A stretch of DNA of 63,700 nt, counting the filler, from Octopus bimaculoides (lineage: Eukaryota): assembly GCF_001194135.2 (NCBI RefSeq). It is 7 parts of 6 records of this genome, joined end to end, with 100 filler letters (N's around TTAATTAATTAA, not from the genome) between each part and the next. Parts side by side here need not be neighbours in the genome. Positions count along the whole stretch, not along the records: positions 52,796 to 58,746 come from NC_068994.1; positions 58,847 to 60,858 come from NC_068997.1; positions 60,959 to 62,414 come from NC_068982.1; positions 62,515 to 63,700 come from NW_026312452.1; 3 more parts are not named here. The stretch is one strand, 5' to 3'. The notes under the pieces were generated by a model, which saw only the letters and a list, made by a program, of their open reading frames with translations, was not told the DNA's origin and ran no database searches. Shown here piece after piece: positions 53,353 through 63,700 of the stretch (its first letter is position 1; every line of letters starts with the position of its first letter). The position numbers and the translations under genes were made by a program.

Positions 53353-54054
53353 CATACACATACACATGCATATACATATATCCATACATATATATATAAA
53401 TAGGATATATATATAAATATATATGCATGTATATGACTATATATATATAGATATATATGTGTATATATACAAATTATATACAAGTAGGTACACACTCAAA
53501 TATATTTATATATATATATGTATGTATATGTATATATGCATATATACATGCACATGTATATGCACATGCACACATATTCATGCATATATATTTATTTTTA
53601 TATCTATGTATACATACATATATATACATACTCCCTTTAATTATCTCTCCCTATCCAATAACCTCTCTTGCTCTCTATCTCTCTTTTTCCTCTTTCTCTT
53701 CTCTCTTTCTTTTCTCTCACTCATCTGCCTCTCCCTCCCTTCCTCCGCTGCCAGAAAAGATGAGCAGCACTGTCCTGTCACATCATCAAAGAATGGATCT
53801 TTTGAAAATGCCCCTACCATATTCCAGTCAATATCATTTATAATTTCCTTCCTGTAAAGAACCAGGCACACTGAGACATGTAGAATATATTGTATATTGT
53901 ATCGCGAAAATACATAATGAACCATCATCAGTAGAGTTTGATCTCTGTTTGAGGTTTGAGAAACTTAAATTAAAGAGATATGTGTTGGGGCTGTATTCAC
54001 AAGTGATGAGAATCAAATGGTTGAATTAGATGCTAGAATTGCAGGTACTGGCAC

Positions 54055-54290
54055 CAGCATGGACTAACCATTAAGCGAAATAAGCACATGCTTAGGGCAT
54101 CAAGGAAAGGGGAGAACCACAGGAATTGTGAATGGTTTATGGCACAAAAGAAATCACTTTAAACTTGATAAAATAATATTCAGGATGCCTTACTTCTACT
54201 AAGTACAGAAGCAGATGTGTTACGTAAGATTAATTTCGAGGATCTGATCAAAGACTTTGCGATTAAGAAAAGTAGGAGAAAACTTTTCTA
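54055..54290 (+). mobile_element. hAT-family transposon remnant (terminal sequence plus C-terminal dimerization-region end)
   Basis: LLLLSTEADVLRKINFEDLIKDFAIKKSRRKLF* resembles hAT transposase C-termini. Confidence 0.55.
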
Positions 54291-55205
54291 ATACGAGGAG
54301 AAGTCAAAAGTTATCTGCACTTTCACTATAACATATCTTTATTATTGCCACACTGCCATCTGTGCAAGTGTGCTTATAGCTAGTACTATTGTGATCATGT
54401 GATCGAAGTTTGAGCCTGATCTCACTGCTTTTCTTTCTGGCTTTACAGTGTGCATATATATATATATGCATAATTAACCAAAAGACATACTAAATATGTC
54501 TACCTGCTGGAAATAACAGTCAATTCCAGCAGGTAGACATACTTAAGATGTCCTTTGTCTAATTTTAATCCCTCAGTTATTTAATGCTTTTTTTTGAGCC
54601 TGCAATCACCTATATTATTGATTCTATTATTATCATTTTTAAATTGTTTCACTAGATAATAATAGAGTCAATGATATCTTCACAAATTATTTTTCTCATG
54701 AATAATTTGCTTTGTATTGATATATATATATATATTTTATTAGATAATAGATCATATGGCACACACCTGGTAACTTACTGGTAAAACACATTCACTTTCA
54801 CAGTGTTCAGTTGGTGTTTGAATAATGGGAGAGCTGGAAGATGGGAAGATACGAAAACGTTCATTAATCACTACAATTGTTTCAACCCATCTAGCATTGA
54901 TCCCTCACAAGTGGGACACTTAATAACTGGTTTCCAACACTGTGAATGTGTCTCTTCAGGTGATTATAAGATGTATCTCATTGAAATAACAACTATTCCA
55001 CAAGATCTTCTTGGTTTGTGTATAGAAAAGCAGTTGGTGTGTTTACATCCCCATAACTTAACAGTTCAGCAAAAGGAGACCAGCAGAATAAATATTAGGC
55101 TAATAAAATAATTAAGTATTGGGGTGGGTCAAATTGTTTGATTAAACCCCATCAAGGCAGTGCCCCAGCATGGCCATGGTCAAATGATTGAAACAAGTAA
55201 ATATG

Positions 55206-55245
<40 letters not shown>

Positions 55246-55839
55246 NNNNNNNNNNNNNNNNNNNNNNNNNNNNNNNNNNNNNNNNNNNNNNNNNNNNNNN
55301 NNNNNNNNNNNNNNNNNNNNNNNNNNNNNNNNNNNNNNNNNNNNNNNNNNNNNNNNNNNNNNNNNNNNNNNNNNNNNNNNNNNNNNNNNNNNNNNNNNNN
55401 NNNNNNNNNNNNNNNNNNNNNNNNNNNNNNNNNNNNNNNNNNNNNNNNNNNNNNNNNNNNNNNNNNNNNNNNNNNNNNNNNNNNNNNNNNNNNNNNNNNN
55501 NNNNNNNNNNNNNNNNNNNNNNNNNNNNNNNNNNNNNNNNNNNNNNNNNNNNNNNNNNNNNNNNNNNNNNNNNNNNNNNNNNNNNNNNNNNNNNNNNNNN
55601 NNNNNNNNNNNNNNNNNNNNNNNNNNNNNNNNNNNNNNNNNNNNNNNNNNNNNNNNNNNNNNNNNNNNNNNNNNNNNNNNNNNNNNNNNNNNNNNNNNNN
55701 NNNNNNNNNNNNNNNNNNNNNNNNNNNNNNNNNNNNNNNNNNNNNNNNNNNNNNNNNNNNNNNNNNNNNNNNNNNNNNNNNNNNNNNNNNNNNNNNNNNN
55801 NNNNNNNNNNNNNNNNNNNNTATATATATATATATATGG

Positions 55840-55985
55840 GCATGGCTGTGTGGTTAGGAAGCTTGCTTCCCAGCTACATGGTTTCAGGTTCAGTCCCACT
55901 GCGTGGCACCTTGGGCAAGTGTCTTCTGATATAGCCCTGAGGCAACCAAAGCTTTGTGATTGAATTTGGTAGGTGGAAGATACTG
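55840..55985 (+). mobile_element. tRNA-derived SINE family 1 head
   Basis: GGCATGGCTGTGTGGTTAGGAAGCTTGCTTCCC...GGTTCAGTCCCACTGCGTGGCACC, homologous to 425-579. Confidence 0.85.
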
Positions 55986-56447
55986 CTGTGTGTGTATATG
56001 TCTGTGTATGTGCTTGTTCCTCTCTCCCAAAGAGAGAGAGGGAGAGAGGGATATATATATATATATATATAAAAATAAAAAATGGAGATATTCTATTGAC
56101 ATTCAATAATTTATTTATATTACAATATTACATTAAATACAATGAATATAATATATAACATAACATAATATTATATAAATAATTATAAAACTGTAAAAGG
56201 CCAACAAATTGTTTCGGCTTATATATATTTTTTCTGATATACATAAACACAGTTCCATTATATATAAGTCACTTCAGGGTCCATTGGTTCAGAAAGATGA
56301 AATTGAATGTCAATAGAATATCTCTATATTTAATTTGTCTTTATTATTGAATTATACCAATATTTATATGGTATCCAACTGAAGTACCAGTGAATTTGAT
56401 GTTTAACACACCCCTTTGAAGGATTTCTTTTTGTCAGTTTATCACTA

Positions 56448-56485
<38 letters not shown>

Positions 56486-56500
56486 ATGCATGCATGTGTA

Positions 56501-56564
<64 letters not shown>

Positions 56565-56589
56565 CGGCTTTCTTTCAGTTTTCTTCACG

Positions 56590-57600
56590 TAAATTTACTT
56601 ACATTCAATTCAAATGTCCAGCCATCTCCATGCTGTATCACACTGATTCTACCTGAAAATTGTGTTAAGGATAAATATGTCTGCAGCACCAAATCGTCAG
56701 CATAATCTGCTTCTGTGATTCTTGTGACAGAATATCTATTATTCCTTCATGGAATCCATTGTCTTTAATGTTATCTCGACAGAAGTTCTGAGAATGTAAT
56801 CCAACCAAAGAATGAATATATATAGAGTTAAAGTGTCTCCATGCTTACTCAGACAAAACAATACAACAGCTTAAATCAATATGGAACAATCAAAACAGTT
56901 ATCTGGCATACTTTTCAACTGTGTAGAAGAATTTACTTATTTACACAGTAAAATCTGTAGCTGCATAAGTGATGTAAACACATGCATTGGTAAAGTATGG
57001 GGTACCATCGACAAGTTATCTCTAGTGTAGAAATCTAGATTTCCACACAGCATGAAAAGGTGCCTCTTTCAAGTAACTGTTTCCTCTGTTCTGTTGTATG
57101 GCTCCTGGTGCAGTGTATGGCTCCTGGTAGTGTTTTATGGCTCCTGGTGGCATATTATGGCTCCTGGTGGTGTTGTATGGCTCCTGGTGAAGTTGTATGG
57201 CTCCCGGTGCTGTTGTATGACTCCCAGTGCTGTTGTATGGCTCTTGGTACTGTTGCATGGCTCCTGGTGCTGTTGTATGGCTCCTGGTGCTGGTGTATGG
57301 CTCCTGGTGCTGTTGTATGGCTCTTGGTGGTGTTGTATGGATCCTGGTGGTGTTGTATGGCTCCTGGTGGAGTTGTATGGTTCCTGGTGTTGTTGTATGG
57401 CTCCTGGTGCTATTGTATGACTCCTGGTGAAGTTGTATGGCTCCTGGTGCTGTTGTGTGACACTGTTCTATTGTATGGGCTCTTATCTCAAAACTGGAAA
57501 GAAGGTTGGTTGGTTGGAGCCCACACTTGCATGTTAAGAGTGGCTTTGACTGTGACCTGGAGATATTATCTGACCAATGAACTATTGTAAGGGAACTTTA
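56590..57600 (+). mobile_element. RTE-group LINE fragment with inverted 5' part
   Basis: Minus strand 56850-56590: GDTLTLYIFILWLDYILRTS...ITEADYADDLVL...LNVSK. Plus strand from 56852: DKT(EY)..NQYG...EFTYL...DKLSLV*KS...MKRCLFQVTVSSVLLYG...MLRVALTVTW. Confidence 0.8.
57090..57460 (+). repeat. 20-bp minisatellite, about 18-19 copies, inside the LINE
   Basis: Unit GCTGTTGTATGGCTCCTGGT. It explains the Trp/Cys-rich ORFs in the track. Confidence 0.95.
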
Positions 57601-57701
57601 GTTCAGTATCAGACAACATTAAAGAATTTAGGGTCAAAGTCACACACGTACATACACATATATATGCAGCAAGATAGATAGATAAATAGAAAGATAGATA
57701 A

Positions 57702-57758
<57 letters not shown>

Positions 57759-58192
57759 CAGATGTATGATTGTGTGAGTGTATGTGTATGTTTGTATCTC
57801 CTTATCTTGAAATTATGTGATCATTGTAAATGAATGCCATTAAATTTCAATATTCTGCAAAATCCTGTCCGGCCATGCTTGGTTAATGCGTAAGGGTTCT
57901 ACGAAGGGTATCCAATCATAGAAAATCTGCCTCAACAAGTTCTGTGTAATCCATGCAAACATGGATAAATGAACAATAAAACAATGACGACGATGATGAT
58001 GACGATGTTGGACTGATGATGTTGGACGACTGATGAACTATATGCTCCTTCAGCAAAATTAACTGGAGCGTCCATCCTCATACATACCTCTGTGTGTGTA
58101 TGTGAATGTGTATGTCTGCATATGTGTTTCTGTGTGTGTGGTGTGTGTTTGTGTGTTTGTGTGCACGTGTGTTTGTGTGTGTGTATGTGAGT

Positions 58193-58230
<38 letters not shown>

Positions 58231-58342
58231 ACATTTGAAAATCCATTTTTACCTATACTAACACAACAGCAGTTGATTTCTCTTTTGGGAAGATCGATTT
58301 TACAGACAGTGTTGTTTCTTTTTTTTTTTTCTTTATTTGTAG

Positions 58343-58515
58343 CTCATGTTCCTACAAGCAACAATCTGAACTGTAAATGAAGACGAGATCCTACCTACAT
58401 CATCCGAGCTATGAACATTATTCTCACTGTTCAAAGAGTACAAAAGGCTGACATTGTAAAGGTTTGATCTAGTCAACATGTGGTCACTATGGCAACAAGT
58501 GGGGCCAAACAACAA
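58343..58515 (+). CDS. Candidate exon (173 nt), possibly 5' UTR plus the first codons MATSGAKQQ of an unidentified gene
   Basis: Strong acceptor (T-rich tract...TTTGTAG) and donor CAA|GTAAGA. All three frames from the acceptor hit stops, but ATG at 58489 (ACTATGG) runs in frame to the donor. No homology is recognised. Confidence 0.3.
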
Positions 58516-58705
58516 GTAAGAGCTGCTTCATGAAATAACAGTGAATATCTCTCTCATCTTTGATGAGTATCAATGAAGTATAGTATGTGTTTTTATTTGT
58601 GTAGATTCTGCTTTGAAAATATCAGATTTGGGATTTCTGTTGCCATTTGAAGGATCTCATTGAAATACAAACTCTGAGTAGCAAACAGAGTGAGTCATCA
58701 AATTC

Positions 58706-58746
<41 letters not shown>

Positions 58747-58846
58747 NNNNNNNNNNNNNNNNNNNNNNNNNNNNNNNNNNNNNNNNNNNNTTAATTAATT
58801 AANNNNNNNNNNNNNNNNNNNNNNNNNNNNNNNNNNNNNNNNNNNN
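58747..58846. other. Artificial 100-bp scaffold-joining spacer
   Basis: N44 + TTAATTAATTAA (58791-58802) + N44. Confidence 0.95.
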
Positions 58847-59014
58847 AAGGAGGTAGCGGGTGGAGAGTAAAGAGTTAGCAGCGGGTGGAGAGCAAGGAGG
58901 TAGTGGGTGGAGAGTAAGGAGTTAGCAGCGGGTGGAGAGCAAGGAGGTGGGTTAGGGTTGATGTTAGGGTTAGGGTTAATGTTAGGGTTAGGGTTAGGGC
59001 TAGGGTTAGGGCTA
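58847..59014 (+). repeat. G-rich 22-25-bp tandem repeat grading into a (TTAGGG)n variant array
   Basis: AAGGAG(G/T)TAGC(AGC)GGGTGGAGAG about 4 times, then GGGTTAGGGTT...GGGCTA at 58949-59014. Confidence 0.85.
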
Positions 59015-59136
59015 GATCTCTGGGTGAGACTTGGATCCAACTTGTCAAACATAAAATAATAATAACAATAATAATAATAGGTTTAATAATAATAATAATA
59101 ATAATAATAATTAATTCGTTTTATTGGTCACAAGGG

Positions 59137-59172
<36 letters not shown>

Positions 59173-59538
59173 GGGATGACTTCAACATGTCCTGGCTTTC
59201 AAGCGGTAACTATAACGAAGGAAAAATGTCATAGGAAAGCATCACAACAGAACCCCCTTTACCTCCTAAACATTTCCCACTAACACAGACACGTACCTCA
59301 CCAAACCAACTACAACGACTCATCCTCAGGTATTTACAGACGTAGCTACTTACGCACCTTCTCCTTTCCACTGGACCATCAGTTATCGTCACAGTAATCA
59401 GCTAACATCACAACATACAGATCAATGAAGAAAGCAGAAAGTTTGCAAGGGACTAATTCCACCATGTAAAAAAAAAAGACAAAACAGAAAAAAAAAACAA
59501 AGGTTTTCAGAATTCAGTGACACCTCAATCACCAGCAT

Positions 59539-59579
<41 letters not shown>

Positions 59580-59689
59580 GCTGAGACAGTGTTATATACA
59601 CTGTATTCACCGAAATTATTATAGACATATTAAAGATAAAAACATAGAAAACATCAATAAAGAAAAATTTAACCCCAGTTACACACCAA

Positions 59690-59870
59690 TAAGGCAACAA
59701 AGATTCTTATGATAACTAGTGTCCTTGGCACAACACCCAATTGGCTACCTAAAAGACTGAAAGATATTGGAATTGAAGCTGGCATTGTGGGCCTGCAGAA
59801 GAGTGCAATCCAGTATTCTGCAAAAAATCCTAAGAAATATTCTTGAAACCTGAGGAGACATGTTGCCACC
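59690..59870 (+). mobile_element. R4/Dong-like LINE C-terminal end
   Basis: ITSVLGTTPNWLPKRLKDIGIEAGIVGLQKSAIQYSAK...RNILET*. Confidence 0.6.
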
Positions 59871-60858
59871 AAACTTCTACTATAGGCACAAGTCCTAAAA
59901 TTTGGGGAAGGGATGTAATCGATCTCAATACTCAACTGATATTTATTTTATCGATCTTGAAAGGATGAAAGGCAGCGTCGACTTCGGCGGCTTTTGAAAG
60001 TTTTGGCACAAGACCAGCACGTTCGGGGAGAAGAGGCTAGCCAATCAGAAAGCCTCTTAAAAAAAAAAATGAAGCAACATTGAATAACGTTGCCCTTGAA
60101 TCAAAATTGTTTGAGTAAAATACGGCGCAGTCACGACTGGAACGCTGTTGATCATAGGTCTGATAGAAGAGAGTTGACCTGGGATTAAATGGTTATAATA
60201 ACAAGAACGAACCACAGCAAGCCTCGACATCGTACACAGATCTACAGAGTCCTGAATCCTTTATTTTTTTTACCACAGCATGTCACTGTTATTTCGCAAA
60301 ACGTTAGCTCTCATCGAAAGATGACCAGACATTCCAATCGAGATCATCTCGAAATAATTAATATATGTGAAGCGGCGTTATACTATTCTGCTAATTTTTT
60401 TTCAAAGAAAATTTGAGTGAGTTTTAGATGCTATTTCTAGCAGTTCAAACGACAATGAAAATATTAATTTAGCTGAGTAAATATATAGAAATTTCACTTC
60501 CAGATGAGAACAACTTAGCAGGAAATTATAGGCTTCACAGATGAACATATGTAAATGAATAACAAAATATAATAATTATGTATATTAAAAAAAAGTGAAA
60601 TAAATAACCCTAGAATGAAAACCTATCGACATACACATGATATATATTAAAATGCATGAATAAATAGATAAATATATTTAACTATGTTCTTCAGTGTAGT
60701 TGCGCTTGGCGTCTAAAAAATTCTTACCAATGAGAGAGGTATGTGCGGAATTTAAAAAGATTGAAAGTAAAACGGCTTTAGCTTGTGTGCGTGCTCGTGG
60801 GTGTATGTATGTGAGTGTATATGTGTGTGTGTGTGAGAGTGAGAGAGAGAGAGAGAGA

Positions 60859-60958
60859 NNNNNNNNNNNNNNNNNNNNNNNNNNNNNNNNNNNNNNNNNN
60901 NNTTAATTAATTAANNNNNNNNNNNNNNNNNNNNNNNNNNNNNNNNNNNNNNNNNNNN
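60859..60958. other. Artificial 100-bp scaffold-joining spacer
   Basis: N44 + TTAATTAATTAA (60903-60914) + N44. Confidence 0.95.
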
Positions 60959-61010
<52 letters not shown>

Positions 61011-62414
61011 TGTGTGTGTGTGTGTCTGTGAATTCAACATATCTTCCATCCGAGCATTGAATCGTTGTACTTGACTCTCCCAAATATATTTGAACAAATA
61101 TACAACATTTAGAGAGCATTGATAAGACAAATTATGGAGCAAAACGTGTCACTGAGCAGTGCCTATGTACCACATTATTGATTAACAAACATACACTTAC
61201 CCTCGCTAACAAGCACGTAAATACGGGCATGTATGTGCGTGTGTGGAAACATGATATACACCCATTCATATAAATATATAGATATTGCACTTCGTTGAGC
61301 ACAGTTCATTGTAAATACCATAATATAATTTTATGTTCATACTGTTATATTGGATGAGTGATTTTGATAGCACAATAATTTCCAAATAGAGATGGCCTTT
61401 TACAATCGTACATAAACAGCTAATGATTCGGCTCTAATGTGTTAATCGCTCCATTAATTCTCCCGTGATGCATCTATATCATGCTTCATATATCCCGTTA
61501 CAAAATTCCGCGCTGTTTCGCGTGCACACATTTCATATTTATCAAAATGTATTTCAGGTAGTGTGTCCTATTGAAATTACACACAATGCAGTAAGTTGTT
61601 TTTAGAAACGAGCACTTTCGCTCACTTTGATATTCGTCATACCTTCGAAAATTATTAAATGTATTTGATTTCGTTCATTGAATACATCAAATAGTTTTCC
61701 ATAAAATTTTGATCAAATTATATGTCTTCTATCCAACTCATCCGCATCTTCGCCGCTGAAATGTGATCTAGATTGAATGCTGGATTAAATAGATTATAAA
61801 GCGTCATTTAAAAATCATATTACAAAATTTGTGGAAGACACTAGAAACTTCAATTTCTCCGAAAGAAAATGTTTTGCAACAGTCAAACATTTGAAGAGAT
61901 TCGACCCCGAGTTTCATATCCATCGATTACTGAACATCTAATTTAGATTGTTCTCATGATTGAATGGATTTGTAGGTGATTTATAGAGGACATCGATATA
62001 AATACATTTACGTATGTATAATAAAAGGCATTCATGCGTGCACACGCATGTATATTTCTATGTATATGTTATGTACGTCAGCATGCTGATATAATATCTA
62101 TTACATAACTAACAATATTATAAAACAGCTGTTACCGAATGGAATAGATATCCACTCTCTCATCTCCTCTTATCTTTCCAGTTGATACATATGCGTGTGT
62201 ATGTATATATGTATGTATGTATGTTTGCATGTGTTTATGTATGTGTGTCTGTATGTGTGTATGTATGTATGTATGTATGTATATAAGTATGTATGTATGT
62301 ATGTATGTGTGTATGTATGTATATGATTATACGTGTACGTATTGACATCATAACAGACCGCATCGTCTCTCTTCTTTCGTCTCCTTTCTACTCACTTCCT
62401 CATCTCCCTCTTCC

Positions 62415-62514
62415 NNNNNNNNNNNNNNNNNNNNNNNNNNNNNNNNNNNNNNNNNNNNTTAATTAATTAANNNNNNNNNNNNNNNNNNNNNNNNNNNNNN
62501 NNNNNNNNNNNNNN
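62415..62514. other. Artificial 100-bp scaffold-joining spacer
   Basis: N44 + TTAATTAATTAA (62459-62470) + N44. Confidence 0.95.
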
Positions 62515-63077
62515 ACAATTGAAGTTGAAGTGAGGTTGAATCGAAATTTGTCACTCAGTGAACCAAACAGCAACACAAAACCGTACTTCTGTTAGTAAAT
62601 GATGAAATTACTTACATCAGTAAATGTGAGTAAACATTTAGTGCGAACAGTAACGATTGAAATTAAAGTGAAGAAAAAACTATGGCTACCGGAAGTTGAC
62701 ATTGAGGAACCTTTTTAAAGAAGTGAATCTTAAATATAAAGCAATATTATTTATTTTTAATTAAAAAAATCAAATGAAGAGCCTAAGATTCATCCGAGGT
62801 CAAATTATTCACGCATCACAAGTATGGAAGCATTTGGTGAAGTCGATTTCACGTGAAAAGCGATTACACACACATCTCTGTTTTATATATAGTATAGAAG
62901 ATATATATATATATATGTGTGTGTGTATGTGTGTGTGTATGTTTATGTGTGTGTGTATGTATATATATATAATCAGAAAATGAAGAAAACCTCAGATTAT
63001 CAAACACATCGATTGCACCACATTTATAGCTTATTTTTTAATACAAAGCATGACATAACAAAATAGGTGACATAACA

Positions 63078-63193
63078 TATCTTACGGCTGTTTCTGATCG
63101 GTTACCAAAATGCTGTCTCTAAATAAATTCGAGAATAAAGTTCCTCATCTTCATAGGGCATTCAAATTAAGGCAATGGAGCTTCATCAGAGTA
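63078..63193 (-). ncRNA. Type-I hammerhead ribozyme motif with an 88-nt structured stem-II domain (partly degenerate)
   Basis: TACT-CTGATGA-AGCTCCATTGCC...GGTAACCGATCA-GAAA-CAGCCG-TA-AGATA. Internal helices TTGCC/GGTAA and AATGC/GCATT enclose two small hairpins. Confidence 0.6.
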
Positions 63194-63700
63194 AAAAAAC
63201 AAGAGCATACAATATAAACATAGGGAAGAAGGAAAAGGAAAAAAAAACATAGCCTAGACAAAAAGTCTAGAAGCCCAATATGTTAAAAACATATAATTTA
63301 CATCTAGATCCATAGGTAAACGAGTGAGCTAGTAGTGGTCTAGGGAATACTACTATTTATTAACAGGTGGGCACAATTTAAATACTGCATTAATATTCCT
63401 TGCATTTTCCATTGCGTTGTTGCCCTTATTGAGCAAAATATACTGAATATGCACCTTTGTCACTTACATTATAGCTTTGAAAAAATAACTGTTAAAATCG
63501 AACTGCACTCTTCAAAACTAGCACGAATAAGAACAAGGTAAAATAACTACCTGTATTCACAGCAAGTTGATGCAAGTAGTTTATCCCATCCCTCTCCAAC
63601 CTCTAGTTAATGCAATTGAAAAAATCTGCATTATTTATGGAATGACCCAATATTTGTGTGTGCATGTGTGTGTATATGTGTGTGTGTATATATATGTATG

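Noticed and set aside
57022-57590. Trp/Cys-rich ORFs as a novel repeat protein, or the array as CRISPR
   Set aside because: It is a 20-bp tandem unit without spacers, not a multiple of 3, and embedded in a decayed LINE.
34-63000. The many long ORFs in the supplied track ([12 protein letters not shown], poly-I/L/E and X runs)
   Set aside because: They are translations of microsatellites and N gaps, not genes.

Overview
AT-rich, microsatellite-dense animal genomic DNA. It is most likely from an octopus (coleoid cephalopod); this is inferred from the SINE families and repeat landscape and was not checked by a search. The window is not contiguous: six identical 100-bp spacers (N44-TTAATTAATTAA-N44) join seven separate pieces. 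The only well-supported host coding feature is one 124-nt exon of an SLC7/LAT-family amino-acid transporter (16839-16962, +). The rest is mostly transposon relics: two Penelope-like elements with C-terminal GIY-YIG, RTE and R4/Dong-like LINEs, a Helitron Rep fragment, mariner, Tigger/pogo and hAT pieces, foldback elements and many SINEs. The most interesting signal is a set of six type-I hammerhead-ribozyme-like motifs. Three of them carry an unusually large (73-95 nt) structured insertion in stem II. Also notable are a 5'-inverted RTE insertion with a twin-priming-like junction, a minisatellite born inside that LINE's coding sequence, and a mariner built from two left ends. All RNA folds and alignments were done by eye.
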